From a virus (taxonomy: Duplodnaviria > Caudoviricetes), in IMG/VR virus record IMGVR_UViG_3300038520_000510, positions 1-50,649 of that record: a stretch of 50,649 nucleotides of DNA; one strand, 5' to 3'. Positions within the stretch are counted from its first letter, which is position 1. Each line of letters opens with the position of its first letter. The notes under the pieces were generated by a model. The model saw only the letters and a program-made list of their open reading frames with translations. It ran no database searches and was not told the origin of the DNA. Below, one piece after another: positions 9,064-18,362 of the stretch. The translations under genes and the position numbers were made by a program.

Positions 9064-10795
9064 TCCAGTTTGCTCCTATTTTATATTCACCATCTAAAGG
9101 ACATTTAAGTTCTAGATCTTTACCAGCTTGTATAATCGCTCTGACACCTGCTTTACCAACTTCATCAGCGTGTTGCCAAGGTACTTCTACCTGCCACTCA
9201 TCATGTATGTTTGCTACTACAACAGCACCGTACTGCTGTATCTCTTCATGAAATATCATCAGTGCTTTCTTCATAACGATAGCCCCACCACCCTGAAGAA
9301 GAGCATTTAAGGCACTGTGTTGCGATCTTACTTTTATCTTTCTGCCATCTAATCCTTTCAGGAAGCCTTTTGTAGCTGCTCTTGATACCTTATAGATAAG
9401 AGTTCTAAATGATGGGAGATTATTGAGGAAAGATTCTCTAAGTCTCTTGCCATCTTGTTTGTTTCCTCCAACCACTGTGCCGATTTTTTCATCTCCTGCT
9501 CCGTATATAAGTGCATAGATGAATGTCTTAGCCTGATTTCTTGATTCAAGTCCTGCAAGTCTTTGATTAGCTGTGTGTATGTCTCCATTGAGTATTTCAT
9601 CTATAAACCCCTCATCATTCATATAATGAGCCAGCATCCTAAGCTCCAATCCGCTGGCATCAATCCCTACTAATTTGTAATTAGGAGGAACTACCCAACA
9701 GGCTCTACATTCCTTACCGTAAGGAGCGGAACAGTTAGGAACTTGAGCCATGTTGGGGTTCCTGTGAGTCATTCTACCAGTGACAGTGCCATTATGATTA
9801 ACAAAACCATGAACTCTGCCATCTTCTCCTAGCTCTTTGAACCATGCGTTCACTTGAGCTATTCGCTTTTGAAGCATCAGATACTTAGCTATAAGTGATG
9901 CCTCTGGTATATTCTTTACATTGGATAATATCTTTTCATCAACCATTGGCTGACCCGTAGGAGTAAACTTCTTAGGCTTCCAACCGAACTCCTGTAGATA
10001 CTCTCCTACTTGTTTCCTAGATCCTAAGTTAAACTCTATGCGCTTCTCTCTTATGATAGAGCCTTTCTTTTTTAGCTCTTGGAAGTCATCACCAGTTAGT
10101 CTGACGCCTTTACCCTCTAGTGTCTCTCCCATTCTAGAGATAGCACCTGTCTTAGTTCTCCTTCTAAATATCTCTATCTTTTCTACCTTGGGTTTGAATC
10201 TCTTCTTCACCTCAGATGTAACTTTGTCCATCTCTTCTTGGAGTTCTGCTAGTAAGATAGTTCCTGCTTTCTGATCTAGTAAGAAGCCATGATCTTCCTG
10301 TTCTTTGAGTATACTAGCGACTGTATTCTCTATATCTATAGACTGCTTAGAGAACCCAGCCGCCTCTTTACGAAGTTCGTAGTATACTTTTTTATTTAGT
10401 ATAACATCTCCGGTGCATCTCTCTAACATACCCTCATCAAATCCAGAAAAGTCATCGTACTCCACTTTAGAGTATCCTATAGACTCACCCCACTGTTTCA
10501 GGCCATGACCTCCCTCACGCACTGGATTAAATAACCTAGATATTACAAGAGTGTCTACCAGCTTCTTATCTGACAGATCAACTCCACACAGCTTGCGTAT
10601 CCAAGGAATATCATAGTTGATTATGTTGTGTCCTATGAGTTTGTCAGCACTATTTAGCAATGCCACACCCTCATCTATTTGATCAGGGCCAAACTCATAA
10701 ATATCATTACTGTCTAAATCCACAGCTGATATACACCAGATAACTGTAACATCTGTAATGCCATCTGTTTCTATATCAAATACTAAGGACTTCAT
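9050..10795 (-). CDS. Family A DNA polymerase, T7 gp5-like
   Basis: Exonuclease motifs FDIET, GHNI..YD and DTL. Polymerase motifs TGR...PN.AQ, DASGLELR, RNQAKTFIYA (Tyr at the T7 Y526 / E. coli 762 position) and HDE. Confidence 0.97.
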   Translation of the reverse strand: MKSLVFDIETDGITDVTVIWCISAVDLDSNDIYEFGPDQIDEGVALLNSADKLIGHNIINYDIPWIRKLCGVDLSDKKLVDTLVISRLFNPVREGGHGLKQWGESIGYSKVEYDDFSGFDEGMLERCTGDVILNKKVYYELRKEAAGFSKQSIDIENTVASILKEQEDHGFLLDQKAGTILLAELQEEMDKVTSEVKKRFKPKVEKIEIFRRRTKTGAISRMGETLEGKGVRLTGDDFQELKKKGSIIREKRIEFNLGSRKQVGEYLQEFGWKPKKFTPTGQPMVDEKILSNVKNIPEASLIAKYLMLQKRIAQVNAWFKELGEDGRVHGFVNHNGTVTGRMTHRNPNMAQVPNCSAPYGKECRACWVVPPNYKLVGIDASGLELRMLAHYMNDEGFIDEILNGDIHTANQRLAGLESRNQAKTFIYALIYGAGDEKIGTVVGGNKQDGKRLRESFLNNLPSFRTLIYKVSRAATKGFLKGLDGRKIKVRSQHSALNALLQGGGAIVMKKALMIFHEEIQQYGAVVVANIHDEWQVEVPWQHADEVGKAGVRAIIQAGKDLELKCPLDGEYKIGANWSETH

Positions 10796-12441
10796 AGTTC
10801 CTCTTCTATATCTAACTCGTCTTCATCACCATAATCTAAAAGCTCTGACAGTCTGCCAGTTTCTTTATCATAGATTAAATGTGTAGCCATACCAACATCA
10901 CCAGTATATCTAGACTTCAATACTCTAACGTGTGTTGTATTTGCTTCATTAGGATCATCAGATTGTTGATTACGCTCCAAAGCTATCACACAATCAGACA
11001 ACTGAGCTATAGACTGAGAGCCTCTGAGATGGCTTAGATTAACTGTAACTCCATTCTCATGACCTCTGTTGCCCTCTATCCTTTTCAGATGGGATACTAG
11101 CAGCATACCTACATCTGTTTCTTCAACGATAGATCTGAGCTTATGCATTATTGTATCAATAGTCCTACGCTCATCACCTTCTGCACTAGCAGACAGTAAC
11201 ATATGTAGGTGATCTACAACTATCCATTTACAATCACAGCCAACAATCATATATCTGATCTTGGAGAATATCTCATCCAGATCATTAGAACCAAAGTGAG
11301 AGTGTATCCATACTCTATCATCACCGAACAGATTATTGAGCATAGTATCTAACTGCTCTCTAGGGAACTCTTTTCTGATGTGGTCTATATATAATCTTGC
11401 ATTGGCCTCAATCGACACCAGACAGTCAGCAGTCTTATAGTAATCTTCTTCAAGAGCTATAATACCTACATTATCTTTAGTGTTCTTTATCAACCAGTGT
11501 TCTAACTCTCTGGTGATGCTGGACTTACCTAGCCCTGTCCCACCTGTAAATGTAACTAGCTCTCCGGTTCTTAGGCCATATAGCTTTTCATTCAATCCAT
11601 GCCAAGGATAAGCTATGGATTCTTTCTGAGGACGCTCATGATATTTATCCATGATGTCCTTTGCACTCATTATTCCTGAAGGTGTATACGGCTTTGCCGA
11701 CCACCAAGAAGTAGTAAACAGTCTATGATTACCACTGCGAAGCATATCATTAGCATCTTTATACTCCTCTGGTAAGGTTAGTATTAAGGCTTTGCCGGGA
11801 GTAAAGAGCCTAGCAACTTTTCTAGCCGCTTCTCTGCCCGGAGAGTCATTGTCAAAGTTTATTACTATCTTGTCGAACTTCTCAAGAAACTCTAAAGAAG
11901 CCTTAACATCTCTGACTCCACCAGCTGCACCATTCTTCAGAGACACTACAGGGTATTTAGATCCTAGCAACTCGTAAGCTGCCATAGCATCGCACTCACC
12001 CTCAGTGATAGTTATAAACTTACCCTTCTCTTGGAACAGCTGCTGGCCGAACAAACCTGTACCAGCAGATGAGCCTTGCCAAAAGAAAGTCTTATTAGCA
12101 TCACGCAGCTTATAAGCACCGATCTCATTGACGTTATAGTATGGATAGATATGAGTATCCACCTCACCCTTGGAGTTTAATATACTTTTAACTCCATATT
12201 TCTTAGCGGTATTTAGGGAGATACCCCTATCTGTAAGCTCATTGAACGAACCGTCAGAGGTATTCATAGAGTTGTTTTTATATGTTTTAAATTCTATTGG
12301 CTGTGGAGAGGGGTGATGATCTCTAGGTGCAGGAGTCAGCTTGTCACAGCTGAAACAGTACATAGAACCATCTTCATTCAAAGCAGCTGGATCGCTGCCA
12401 CCACAGTCAGGACAGGGTAAATGTGTTTTTACAAATGCCAT
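10792..12441 (-). CDS. Primase-helicase, T7 gp4-like
   Basis: Zinc ribbon CPDC...CFSC, TOPRIM EGE.D and FDND, Walker A GTGLGKS, VDHL, LRGS..I.Q and KSRY.G. Confidence 0.97.
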   Translation of the reverse strand: MAFVKTHLPCPDCGGSDPAALNEDGSMYCFSCDKLTPAPRDHHPSPQPIEFKTYKNNSMNTSDGSFNELTDRGISLNTAKKYGVKSILNSKGEVDTHIYPYYNVNEIGAYKLRDANKTFFWQGSSAGTGLFGQQLFQEKGKFITITEGECDAMAAYELLGSKYPVVSLKNGAAGGVRDVKASLEFLEKFDKIVINFDNDSPGREAARKVARLFTPGKALILTLPEEYKDANDMLRSGNHRLFTTSWWSAKPYTPSGIMSAKDIMDKYHERPQKESIAYPWHGLNEKLYGLRTGELVTFTGGTGLGKSSITRELEHWLIKNTKDNVGIIALEEDYYKTADCLVSIEANARLYIDHIRKEFPREQLDTMLNNLFGDDRVWIHSHFGSNDLDEIFSKIRYMIVGCDCKWIVVDHLHMLLSASAEGDERRTIDTIMHKLRSIVEETDVGMLLVSHLKRIEGNRGHENGVTVNLSHLRGSQSIAQLSDCVIALERNQQSDDPNEANTTHVRVLKSRYTGDVGMATHLIYDKETGRLSELLDYGDEDELDIEEEL

Positions 12442-12453
12442 TAATCGCTCCTT

Positions 12454-12477
12454 AAAAAAACGGGGGCCGAAGCCCCC
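12454..12477 (-). terminator. Intrinsic terminator
   Basis: Minus strand reads GGGGGC-TTCG-GCCCCC-G-TTTTTTT, with a cUUCGg tetraloop, just before the primase SD. Confidence 0.85.
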
Positions 12478-12692
12478 TAATCGTCAGCACACAACGCTTC
12501 CTCACACAATCCTTTATCCTCTAGCCATACAATAATAGAATCTCTGGCTAGTGATATTACTTTCATTTTCTTTTGTAGAACCTGTATCTCTGCCTCTATC
12601 TCAGCGGCAAGATTAAAATTTTCTTGAGCTAACTCTGAAAACTTAGATACATCATAGGATTTGCCGTCCTTGGCTTTATAGATGGCAGACAT
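12477..12692 (-). CDS. Hypothetical coiled-coil protein
   Basis: TAATG overlap with the SSB stop. Confidence 0.75.
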   Translation of the reverse strand: MSAIYKAKDGKSYDVSKFSELAQENFNLAAEIEAEIQVLQKKMKVISLARDSIIVWLEDKGLCEEALCADD

Positions 12693-13117
12693 TACAACTC
12701 GTCCTCCATCTCATCCTCCACATCAAACTCATCCCCAGCACCTCCACTGTTGTAAGGAACTAAGTCTATAACTTGCATAGCCATAAACTCTAGACCTTGG
12801 AAATGCTGCTGGCCTCTGTCCATCTCCCACTCACGGTACTGGACTTTAACCTTAGAGCCATTACCAACCTCTACATCTATCTCATTCTTCATGCGATCAT
12901 AGAGCTTTGGTGCTTCTCTCTGACCCTTAGCACCGTTTACTTTACGTTTAATAATTAGTGCTGGCCCTTCAGCCATATCTTTAACTGTAAAACCTCTACG
13001 CTTGAAGTCCTTTGCAGTCTCATCAGCTACTACAAGATTCACAGTATATACAGGTTCATATGTTGTATTAGGACGTTTAACACTAGCCCAATACGCTGTA
13101 CCTTCAACAATAGCCAT
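12692..13117 (-). CDS. Single-stranded DNA-binding protein, T7 gp2.5-like
   Basis: G.AYWA, VGNGSKV.V and QVIDLV.Y motifs with an acidic C-terminal tail; AAGGAG SD; lies upstream of the primase. Confidence 0.75.
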   Translation of the reverse strand: MAIVEGTAYWASVKRPNTTYEPVYTVNLVVADETAKDFKRRGFTVKDMAEGPALIIKRKVNGAKGQREAPKLYDRMKNEIDVEVGNGSKVKVQYREWEMDRGQQHFQGLEFMAMQVIDLVPYNSGGAGDEFDVEDEMEDEL

Positions 13118-13169
13118 ATCTATAACTCCTTATGTTGGTCTATTAAATGTTATGTATAATATATATCCA

Positions 13170-13197
13170 AGTATAACACAACCAAAAACAATTTCAA
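13170..13197 (-). promoter_or_regulatory. Sigma70-type promoter for the replication genes
   Basis: TTGAAA, 16-nt spacer, TATACT with an extended -10 TG. Confidence 0.6.
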
Positions 13198-13487
13198 ACA
13201 TAACTCTTCTCCCAGTTTTTAGGTTTACGCTTTCTACCCGACTCTAAAGCCTTATAGTATGCATCAGTGGATGCTGCTTGCCAATACATATTCTTTAATA
13301 TCTCCTTTGCTTTCCGTATTGTATGTTTCTTTTTAACGTAATTACCATGTAAAGGTTTAACAAAAACATACTTTCTGCCTATGGATATGTCACATAATCT
13401 CAACCCATCAACATAAAACCAAGTAGTAGCCTTGTCACCCATCTTTGGATTTAGTAAAAAATCTTTTAATTCTAGATGTTGTTCCAC
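13194..13487 (-). CDS. Hypothetical basic protein
   Basis: GGAG SD before a GTG start. Confidence 0.7.
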   Translation of the reverse strand: MEQHLELKDFLLNPKMGDKATTWFYVDGLRLCDISIGRKYVFVKPLHGNYVKKKHTIRKAKEILKNMYWQAASTDAYYKALESGRKRKPKNWEKSYV

Positions 13488-13620
13488 TTTTTACTCCTTC
13501 TGTGTGTACTTTATACCAAAGGTCTAACGCCTCCTTATTCATTATATAGTTATCATATTCTTTATTAGTCATTACAGCTACTCTCTGTAGTAGCTGATGC
13601 TGAGTATAGTTACTAGCCAT
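13435..13620 (-). CDS. Hypothetical protein (start at MASNY)
   Basis: GGAG upstream; the start overlaps the end of the preceding gene. Confidence 0.55.
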   Translation of the reverse strand: MASNYTQHQLLQRVAVMTNKEYDNYIMNKEALDLWYKVHTEGVKSGTTSRIKRFFTKSKDG

Positions 13621-14143
13621 GAAACCACTCCGGTATAGGTCTGTTAGTCCACTTAGCAAAGTGTTTAGTATGGTAATAGTCACGGTAACACTCAATGTTA
13701 CAATCCGAAACTTTGTTTTCTTGAGGCATCGCTAGTGTGGGAGGTGTAAAAACTCCTAACTTAATATTATCAGGAGCTTCCATTAGCAATCCTTTTAGCT
13801 CTGCACACTTATGAACCTTCTCATAACGATAAGTATATTCATCAAGTAAAGCATTAAATAAGTCTGATAACCATATGTAATTGCTAACAGTTTCTCTGCA
13901 CCAAACAGCGGAAGGATGGTGCATATGAGTAGCATGATACAACTTACTTCTACTGCCGTCGAGATGAAATCTCTTGACCATGCGACCAGAACGTCTTGAT
14001 GGCTCATAATACTGTTTACCATCAAGCATCCTGTGAGCAGTAGATAATAACTGTGCATACTCAAGTATCATCTTGACTACGTGTTTATCACAGTGCTGTT
14101 TAGCACAGGTTACAGGGTCATGATCTAAATAAAATATATTCAC
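13613..14143 (-). CDS. Pyrimidine-dimer DNA glycosylase (DenV/Pyr_excise)-related protein
   Basis: MNIF.LD..P...A..HCDKHVVKM.LE.AQLL, H.HHP...W, L..EY..RY.K.H and YR.YY...W..R..P.W family signature. Confidence 0.7.
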   Translation of the reverse strand: MNIFYLDHDPVTCAKQHCDKHVVKMILEYAQLLSTAHRMLDGKQYYEPSRRSGRMVKRFHLDGSRSKLYHATHMHHPSAVWCRETVSNYIWLSDLFNALLDEYTYRYEKVHKCAELKGLLMEAPDNIKLGVFTPPTLAMPQENKVSDCNIECYRDYYHTKHFAKWTNRPIPEWFHG

Positions 14144-14313
14144 GCTGGATGCCCCTCATCAGCAGTTACCCATTGCTCGGTCTCACCATCAAAGACTACG
14201 CCTAGTTGATTAACAATATAAGCCATAGCTCTTTCCCACTCTCTAGCTACATTCTCATCCTGATCGTAATCAGCACACTCGAATATAGTTTGTAACGCTT
14301 TATTGGTAGTCAT
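14140..14313 (-). CDS. Hypothetical protein, 57 aa (not in ORF track)
   Basis: AAGGAG SD; MTTNKALQ...EGHPA; the stop overlaps the next GTG. Confidence 0.7.
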   Translation of the reverse strand: MTTNKALQTIFECADYDQDENVAREWERAMAYIVNQLGVVFDGETEQWVTADEGHPA

Positions 14314-14539
14314 TTAGTTTCTCCTTACGCCTTGCCATTGCAATTAAGCACCGCTTACATAGTGTAGGTTCTTCTTCTTTGTAAATTTTATCTATTAAAT
14401 CAAGTAATAATTCTTCTACATTATCAACAGTATTTTTTAAGTTATTAAATGTTGGTACATAGTCATCAGTCGATTCAACGTGTATAAAATTATGTGCAAT
14501 TAGTTGAGTAACCCTGTGTTTAGCTGTGAATTTATCCAT
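14300..14539 (-). CDS. Hypothetical protein
   Basis: GGAG SD; TAATG coupling to the upstream gene. Confidence 0.7.
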   Translation of the reverse strand: MDKFTAKHRVTQLIAHNFIHVESTDDYVPTFNNLKNTVDNVEELLLDLIDKIYKEEEPTLCKRCLIAMARRKEKLNDYQ

Positions 14540-14772
14540 TAGTATTCTCCCAAGTATCCTATAAACTCCTTGCTCCAGTTGTTATAAGCCTTCACTGTTA
14601 TTTTCTTATCACTGTCAACACTGATCTCATACTTATAATTAGAATCCCATTGGTTCTTCATGGAGTCATATGCGGTATCTAGGTTAGGATAATAAACTTC
14701 TTTACTATAAATATTATCGCCTAGATAGTTAGCTATGGTCTGGTTTGATGCTGAGTGATCTACTTCTTTCAT
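14539..14772 (-). CDS. Hypothetical protein
   Basis: AAGGAG SD; TAATG coupling to the upstream gene. Confidence 0.7.
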   Translation of the reverse strand: MKEVDHSASNQTIANYLGDNIYSKEVYYPNLDTAYDSMKNQWDSNYKYEISVDSDKKITVKAYNNWSKEFIGYLGEY

Positions 14773-15023
14773 TAGTGTTTAGCTCCTTGGTTAATGTATG
14801 CTGTAAAACATATAGGCAATAGCTGATCTAGCTCTGTGTTTGAGTTTACTTGTGTCCAAGGCATGAGTTTATCTCTATCGCTTTTTGCGTATGCTGCTAA
14901 CTCTGCCTCAACAAAATGAATAAACCTTTGTATAAAGGTCGGTGAAGGAAGCTGACAATCTATCTTTGTAAAGTTATATGCAACCCAATCATCAATCTTG
15001 TGATAAAACTTCTCTCTGTCCAT
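14772..15023 (-). CDS. Hypothetical protein (start at MDREK)
   Basis: AGGAG 7 nt before the ATG. Confidence 0.7.
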   Translation of the reverse strand: MDREKFYHKIDDWVAYNFTKIDCQLPSPTFIQRFIHFVEAELAAYAKSDRDKLMPWTQVNSNTELDQLLPICFTAYINQGAKH

Positions 15024-15082
15024 TACTTTGCTCCTGTAAGTAACTGATAACATTATCTAGTGAACATACGAATAATAAATCA

Positions 15083-15157
15083 GATCTAGAATCTAAAGGA
15101 CACCCCTGAAGGGCATCCCTTAGTTCTACTAGATCAGCTAGTGTAGACTCACTAACC
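15083..15157 (-). promoter_or_regulatory. Two adjacent RNA-type hairpins (candidate processing site)
   Basis: Minus strand CTAAGGGATGCCCT-TCA-GGGGTGTCCTTTAG forms 14 pairs, four of them G-U. The neighbouring hairpin is GGTTAGTG/CACTAGCT. Confidence 0.6.
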
Positions 15158-15158
15158 A

Positions 15159-16055
15159 TCATGCTGCCTGTCGAAACAGACGGTCATTAGAGATAATCTT
15201 AGAGACCTTATTGGCTCTACGATTCTGTAAGGATATTACTGAGGCTCCTTTACGGGCTGGCTGGCAGTGAGTAGCCCAATCGGTCAGAGCATTATAAACT
15301 GCCCATAGATTGTTACCTTGACGCTTAGAATAAGTCTCAGTGTAAGCCTTCCAGAGATAGATATAGTTTCTATTCTTATGAATATCTTCATCCATGTAGT
15401 TCATACCAACAGCTTCAGCAAAGATAGTATTAATTATCTCCTGAGATGGAACAGTCTTATACCATATTTTCCATAGCTCATTCTGCTGCATCATTACCTC
15501 TAGACCTTTACCAACAATCTGAGAACCCTTGTGAATATCTAGCTGTCGAGTATGCCTAGCTTTATATATGGTAGAGCTACCCTCTGTAAATACCTGACCA
15601 TTCATACAAGCTGACTGCCTAGCTCCTGCCGACAGCATGAAGCTGAACAGACCATCAAAGCTATTAACTCCAAGGAAACTCAGAGCAGCTGTGTCACCGT
15701 CAGGAGTTTCTAAGAACTGATTAGGCAAAGTATGCTTTACATAACATCTAGCACCGTAACGATCAGTAACAATAGACTCGGTAATATCTCTAGTATTAAG
15801 ATCACTCCGCATAATCATAGCCCGTTGATTAGCTATCATATCTCTATGATTTACTGGCTTATAATTAGGGCCGACAACACCAAGACACTGATTAGTATCA
15901 GTACGAATAACGGCTCGTTTGTTAGTTACGTGCCATTGGTTATGATAATCAGATGGTGATCTAGCACTAAAATGTAGCTGCTTCAAATCAATATCAAAGT
16001 CAGCGTCACCAAATCCATCACCGAAAATGTGATTATTTAATCTAACAACATTCAT
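15159..16055 (-). CDS. DUF932-like protein
   Basis: R.DT...LGVVG..Y..V.H, NSFDG, C.NG, RHT and N.W..YNA.T.W..H motifs. Confidence 0.85.
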   Translation of the reverse strand: MNVVRLNNHIFGDGFGDADFDIDLKQLHFSARSPSDYHNQWHVTNKRAVIRTDTNQCLGVVGPNYKPVNHRDMIANQRAMIMRSDLNTRDITESIVTDRYGARCYVKHTLPNQFLETPDGDTAALSFLGVNSFDGLFSFMLSAGARQSACMNGQVFTEGSSTIYKARHTRQLDIHKGSQIVGKGLEVMMQQNELWKIWYKTVPSQEIINTIFAEAVGMNYMDEDIHKNRNYIYLWKAYTETYSKRQGNNLWAVYNALTDWATHCQPARKGASVISLQNRRANKVSKIISNDRLFRQAA

Positions 16056-16065
16056 ATGTAGCTCC

Positions 16066-16281
16066 TTAGTCTAGTATCTCTACAGGTTGGTTGGTTTCTA
16101 TCCATACTTTAGCACCACAGGATAATGGTTTATCCGGTGAGTACTTTATCTCGCCATCGGTAAACTTGACCCGATTGCAGTAAGTATTTGATTTATAAGT
16201 CTTTACTGTTATGACAGGCTTGTTAGCTCCTTTAGCATTAGCCTTAATATTGTGCTGATTAACGTGAATAATTGTTTTCAT
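16066..16281 (-). CDS. Conserved hypothetical phage protein
   Basis: IHVNQH.I..N...P.ITVK...Y.PDKPLSCGA.VWIET. Confidence 0.8.
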   Translation of the reverse strand: MKTIIHVNQHNIKANAKGANKPVITVKTYKSNTYCNRVKFTDGEIKYSPDKPLSCGAKVWIETNQPVEILD

Positions 16282-16438
16282 TAAGATGCTCCTGTGCTAT
16301 TTCTTCTGCTATCTCATTAGCTCTATTCCAATCTTGAGTTATTGTAACTTCATCAGAGAAACTAGAACTAACTTCATAATATACAAAAGGCGTACCCTGA
16401 AACTCATCCATAACTGGCTCTATATATATATTAAACAT
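16259..16438 (-). CDS. Hypothetical acidic protein (start at MFNIY)
   Basis: TAATG overlap with the upstream stop. Confidence 0.6.
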   Translation of the reverse strand: MFNIYIEPVMDEFQGTPFVYYEVSSSFSDEVTITQDWNRANEIAEEIAQEHLNENNYSR

Positions 16439-16698
16439 TAGTGACATGATCCCGAATACATCGCTTCCATCTGATCCTTTAAACAATCTTCCCAGATAGC
16501 ATCAACTATAGTATCTGATGCATCTAAATTAGCATCATCCATAGTGGCAGATACTTGACGAACCAGAGTTTTTAAAGCTATTAAGCCTGTCATTGGACTT
16601 ATCTGATTATTATCAAGTATTGCTGATACAACGTGTCTAGCTTTATCAACATCTTCCAACATCTCTCGAAGAAATCGTTCTTTGTCATGCTCTGTCAT
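16438..16698 (-). CDS. Hypothetical acidic protein (start at MTEHD)
   Basis: AAGGAG-CCGACC-ATG. Confidence 0.7.
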   Translation of the reverse strand: MTEHDKERFLREMLEDVDKARHVVSAILDNNQISPMTGLIALKTLVRQVSATMDDANLDASDTIVDAIWEDCLKDQMEAMYSGSCH

Positions 16699-16714
16699 GG
16701 TCGGCTCCTTATAT

Positions 16715-16756
16715 GTTTTAGAAAGGTCTTTCACTACGTTAAAGACCTTTTAAAAC
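16715..16756 (-). promoter_or_regulatory. Long hairpin (candidate RNase III-type site)
   Basis: Stems GTTTTA/TAAAAC and AAAGGTCTTT/AAAGACCTTT; lies just upstream of an SD. Confidence 0.6.
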
Positions 16757-16905
16757 TTATTAAAATATTTTCTATCAATCTCTTTCTTAATCTTTGTAAC
16801 TTCAGGACATACAGGTAATTTATTAACAACACCCCCTTGCTCTAGATAATTTTTAATATCTTTAGCTAACTGCTCTTTTAGTTTATCTTTCTCAAACGAT
16901 GCCAT
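16750..16905 (-). CDS. SutA RNAP-binding-domain-like protein, 51 aa (not in ORF track)
   Basis: GGAG SD. MASFEKDKLKEQLAKDIKNYLEQGGVVNKL matches the SutA pattern K...R..L......FL..GG.V. Confidence 0.6.
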   Translation of the reverse strand: MASFEKDKLKEQLAKDIKNYLEQGGVVNKLPVCPEVTKIKKEIDRKYFNKF

Positions 16906-16916
16906 AGCATTGCTCC

Positions 16917-17531
16917 CTAGTTAAGTAAATAAGTATAATGTAACTCTGATACATGATAGTCATCTAAGAAATCCTTAGGATACTTATCAGCTATCAATGC
17001 ACACCAAGCGTTCCAGAGCCTCTCAGATGTATAGATTTCACAGAGAGCTACATACTCCTGAAGCCTTTTTTCGTTAGCTTCCTGACCTCTCTTAGTCTTT
17101 ACAGTTTTATTATAAACCAACAGATCAGGTTTAATATTATATTGTTTAATATTGTGAACATCAATACAGCCAACCAAACCAGCGACTAACTGGCAAACAA
17201 AGCCAGCTTTAGCCAATCCAAGACCATCAATCTGTAGAAATATCTTCATAAGACTGTGTGACTTTGAAGTATCTGATTTGTTGGAGTTAATAACGGCCAT
17301 CATCTGACCGTAGATAAAATGCTTATGAGTACTTATGTACTTATAAGTATTCTTTTTGTTGCCCCAGATAAACTTAGAGTCTAGTTTATTTTGTTTCATA
17401 TCAACCATCATATCTCCCACTAGCACCCATTTTTGCTGGATGCTAAGGGAGACCATCATGATAACTAGAAATAAATTATCTGGACTACGCTGTGCGAAAT
17501 GATTAATCTTCGGATTGTGATTGCTGAACAT
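16917..17531 (-). CDS. HhH-GPD-like DNA glycosylase-type protein
   Basis: V.LSIQ, the helix-hairpin-helix IDGLGLAKAGF and a downstream CIDVHN resembling the catalytic (V)DTH motif. Confidence 0.5.
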   Translation of the reverse strand: MFSNHNPKINHFAQRSPDNLFLVIMMVSLSIQQKWVLVGDMMVDMKQNKLDSKFIWGNKKNTYKYISTHKHFIYGQMMAVINSNKSDTSKSHSLMKIFLQIDGLGLAKAGFVCQLVAGLVGCIDVHNIKQYNIKPDLLVYNKTVKTKRGQEANEKRLQEYVALCEIYTSERLWNAWCALIADKYPKDFLDDYHVSELHYTYLLN

Positions 17532-17745
17532 CTAATAGCCCCTTGATTGCTTGCTCTGTAGAGTCTCTAAGCTCATGAAGGAACTCATAAAGAGTAACCT
17601 TATCGTCACCATACTGGTTAAGAAACATAGTCACTTCACACTCCTGACCGTAAGTGTTTTTAATGGTAAACTGTACCCAGTTATTATCAATACGGGGAGT
17701 GTCTATAGCTATGTTTGTAATTTTATGTACTGAAATATCAATCAT
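17503..17745 (-). CDS. Hypothetical protein (start at MIDIS)
   Basis: GGAG SD; ATGA overlap with the upstream mini-gene. Confidence 0.7.
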   Translation of the reverse strand: MIDISVHKITNIAIDTPRIDNNWVQFTIKNTYGQECEVTMFLNQYGDDKVTLYEFLHELRDSTEQAIKGLLDVQQSQSED

Positions 17746-17840
17746 ATTAGCTCCAAAAAGATAAAAAATAATATTATGGTTGGTAGGGTGAGTACAAAAC
17801 ATATGCACTCAAAAAGTTCTTCCCAATCTTCATTGGTCAT
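17742..17840 (-). CDS. 32-aa single-pass membrane peptide (not in ORF track)
   Basis: AAGGAG-CCGAGC-ATG; MTNEDWEELFECICFVLTLPTIILFFIFLELI. Confidence 0.65.
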   Translation of the reverse strand: MTNEDWEELFECICFVLTLPTIILFFIFLELI

Positions 17841-17850
17841 GCTCGGCTCC

Positions 17851-17906
17851 TTTTAGATTTTGAAGACCTCTCACTACCGTAAGAGGTCTTCTAAATCTTT
17901 TAAATA
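17851..17906. repeat. 56-nt perfect direct repeat containing a 20-bp hairpin, copy 1
   Basis: Identical to 18363-18418. Confidence 0.95.
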
Positions 17907-17918
17907 AATTATAACTGA

Positions 17919-18119
17919 TCACTCCTCTCCAAATAAATTATCCCATTCCTTAGAAGTGATACCAGTTTTAATAAACTCTCTCTGACTTGATGAGAGATTT
18001 GGAAAGGCATCCTGAAGCAGCATACCTTTAAGATAATAATTCTCTAACTGATCTACTGTGATCGGCAAAGACATTGTATTAACTTGTCCTGAAATAACGG
18101 AAGTTCTTTCTACTAACAT
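17919..18119 (-). CDS. Conserved hypothetical early protein
   Basis: S.ISG...T..L...G.L.QDAFP.L....REFI.TGI...EW motif; GGAG SD. Confidence 0.8.
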   Translation of the reverse strand: MLVERTSVISGQVNTMSLPITVDQLENYYLKGMLLQDAFPNLSSSQREFIKTGITSKEWDNLFGEE

Positions 18120-18120
18120 A

Positions 18121-18339
18121 TTAAATCTCCTCAGTATCTAAACCTAACTCATAATCAACATGATCAGCCCAAGTCTGAATCTCTGCATTAGACATTCTTG
18201 AAAACCTGTAGCCAAGATGACCCATCCAATTCCAGATATAATCACTCTCCCCAAAGTAATTATAATAAGCCTTGCAGATATAATCTTGGTTCTCGAATCT
18301 CTCTTTCATTCGCATCTTTTCTTCGTTGCTCAAAAGCAT
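18121..18339 (-). CDS. Hypothetical protein (start at MLLSN)
   Basis: GGAG 7 nt before the ATG. Confidence 0.7.
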   Translation of the reverse strand: MLLSNEEKMRMKERFENQDYICKAYYNYFGESDYIWNWMGHLGYRFSRMSNAEIQTWADHVDYELGLDTEEI

Positions 18340-18362
18340 AGCCGCTCTCCACACTGGTTGGT

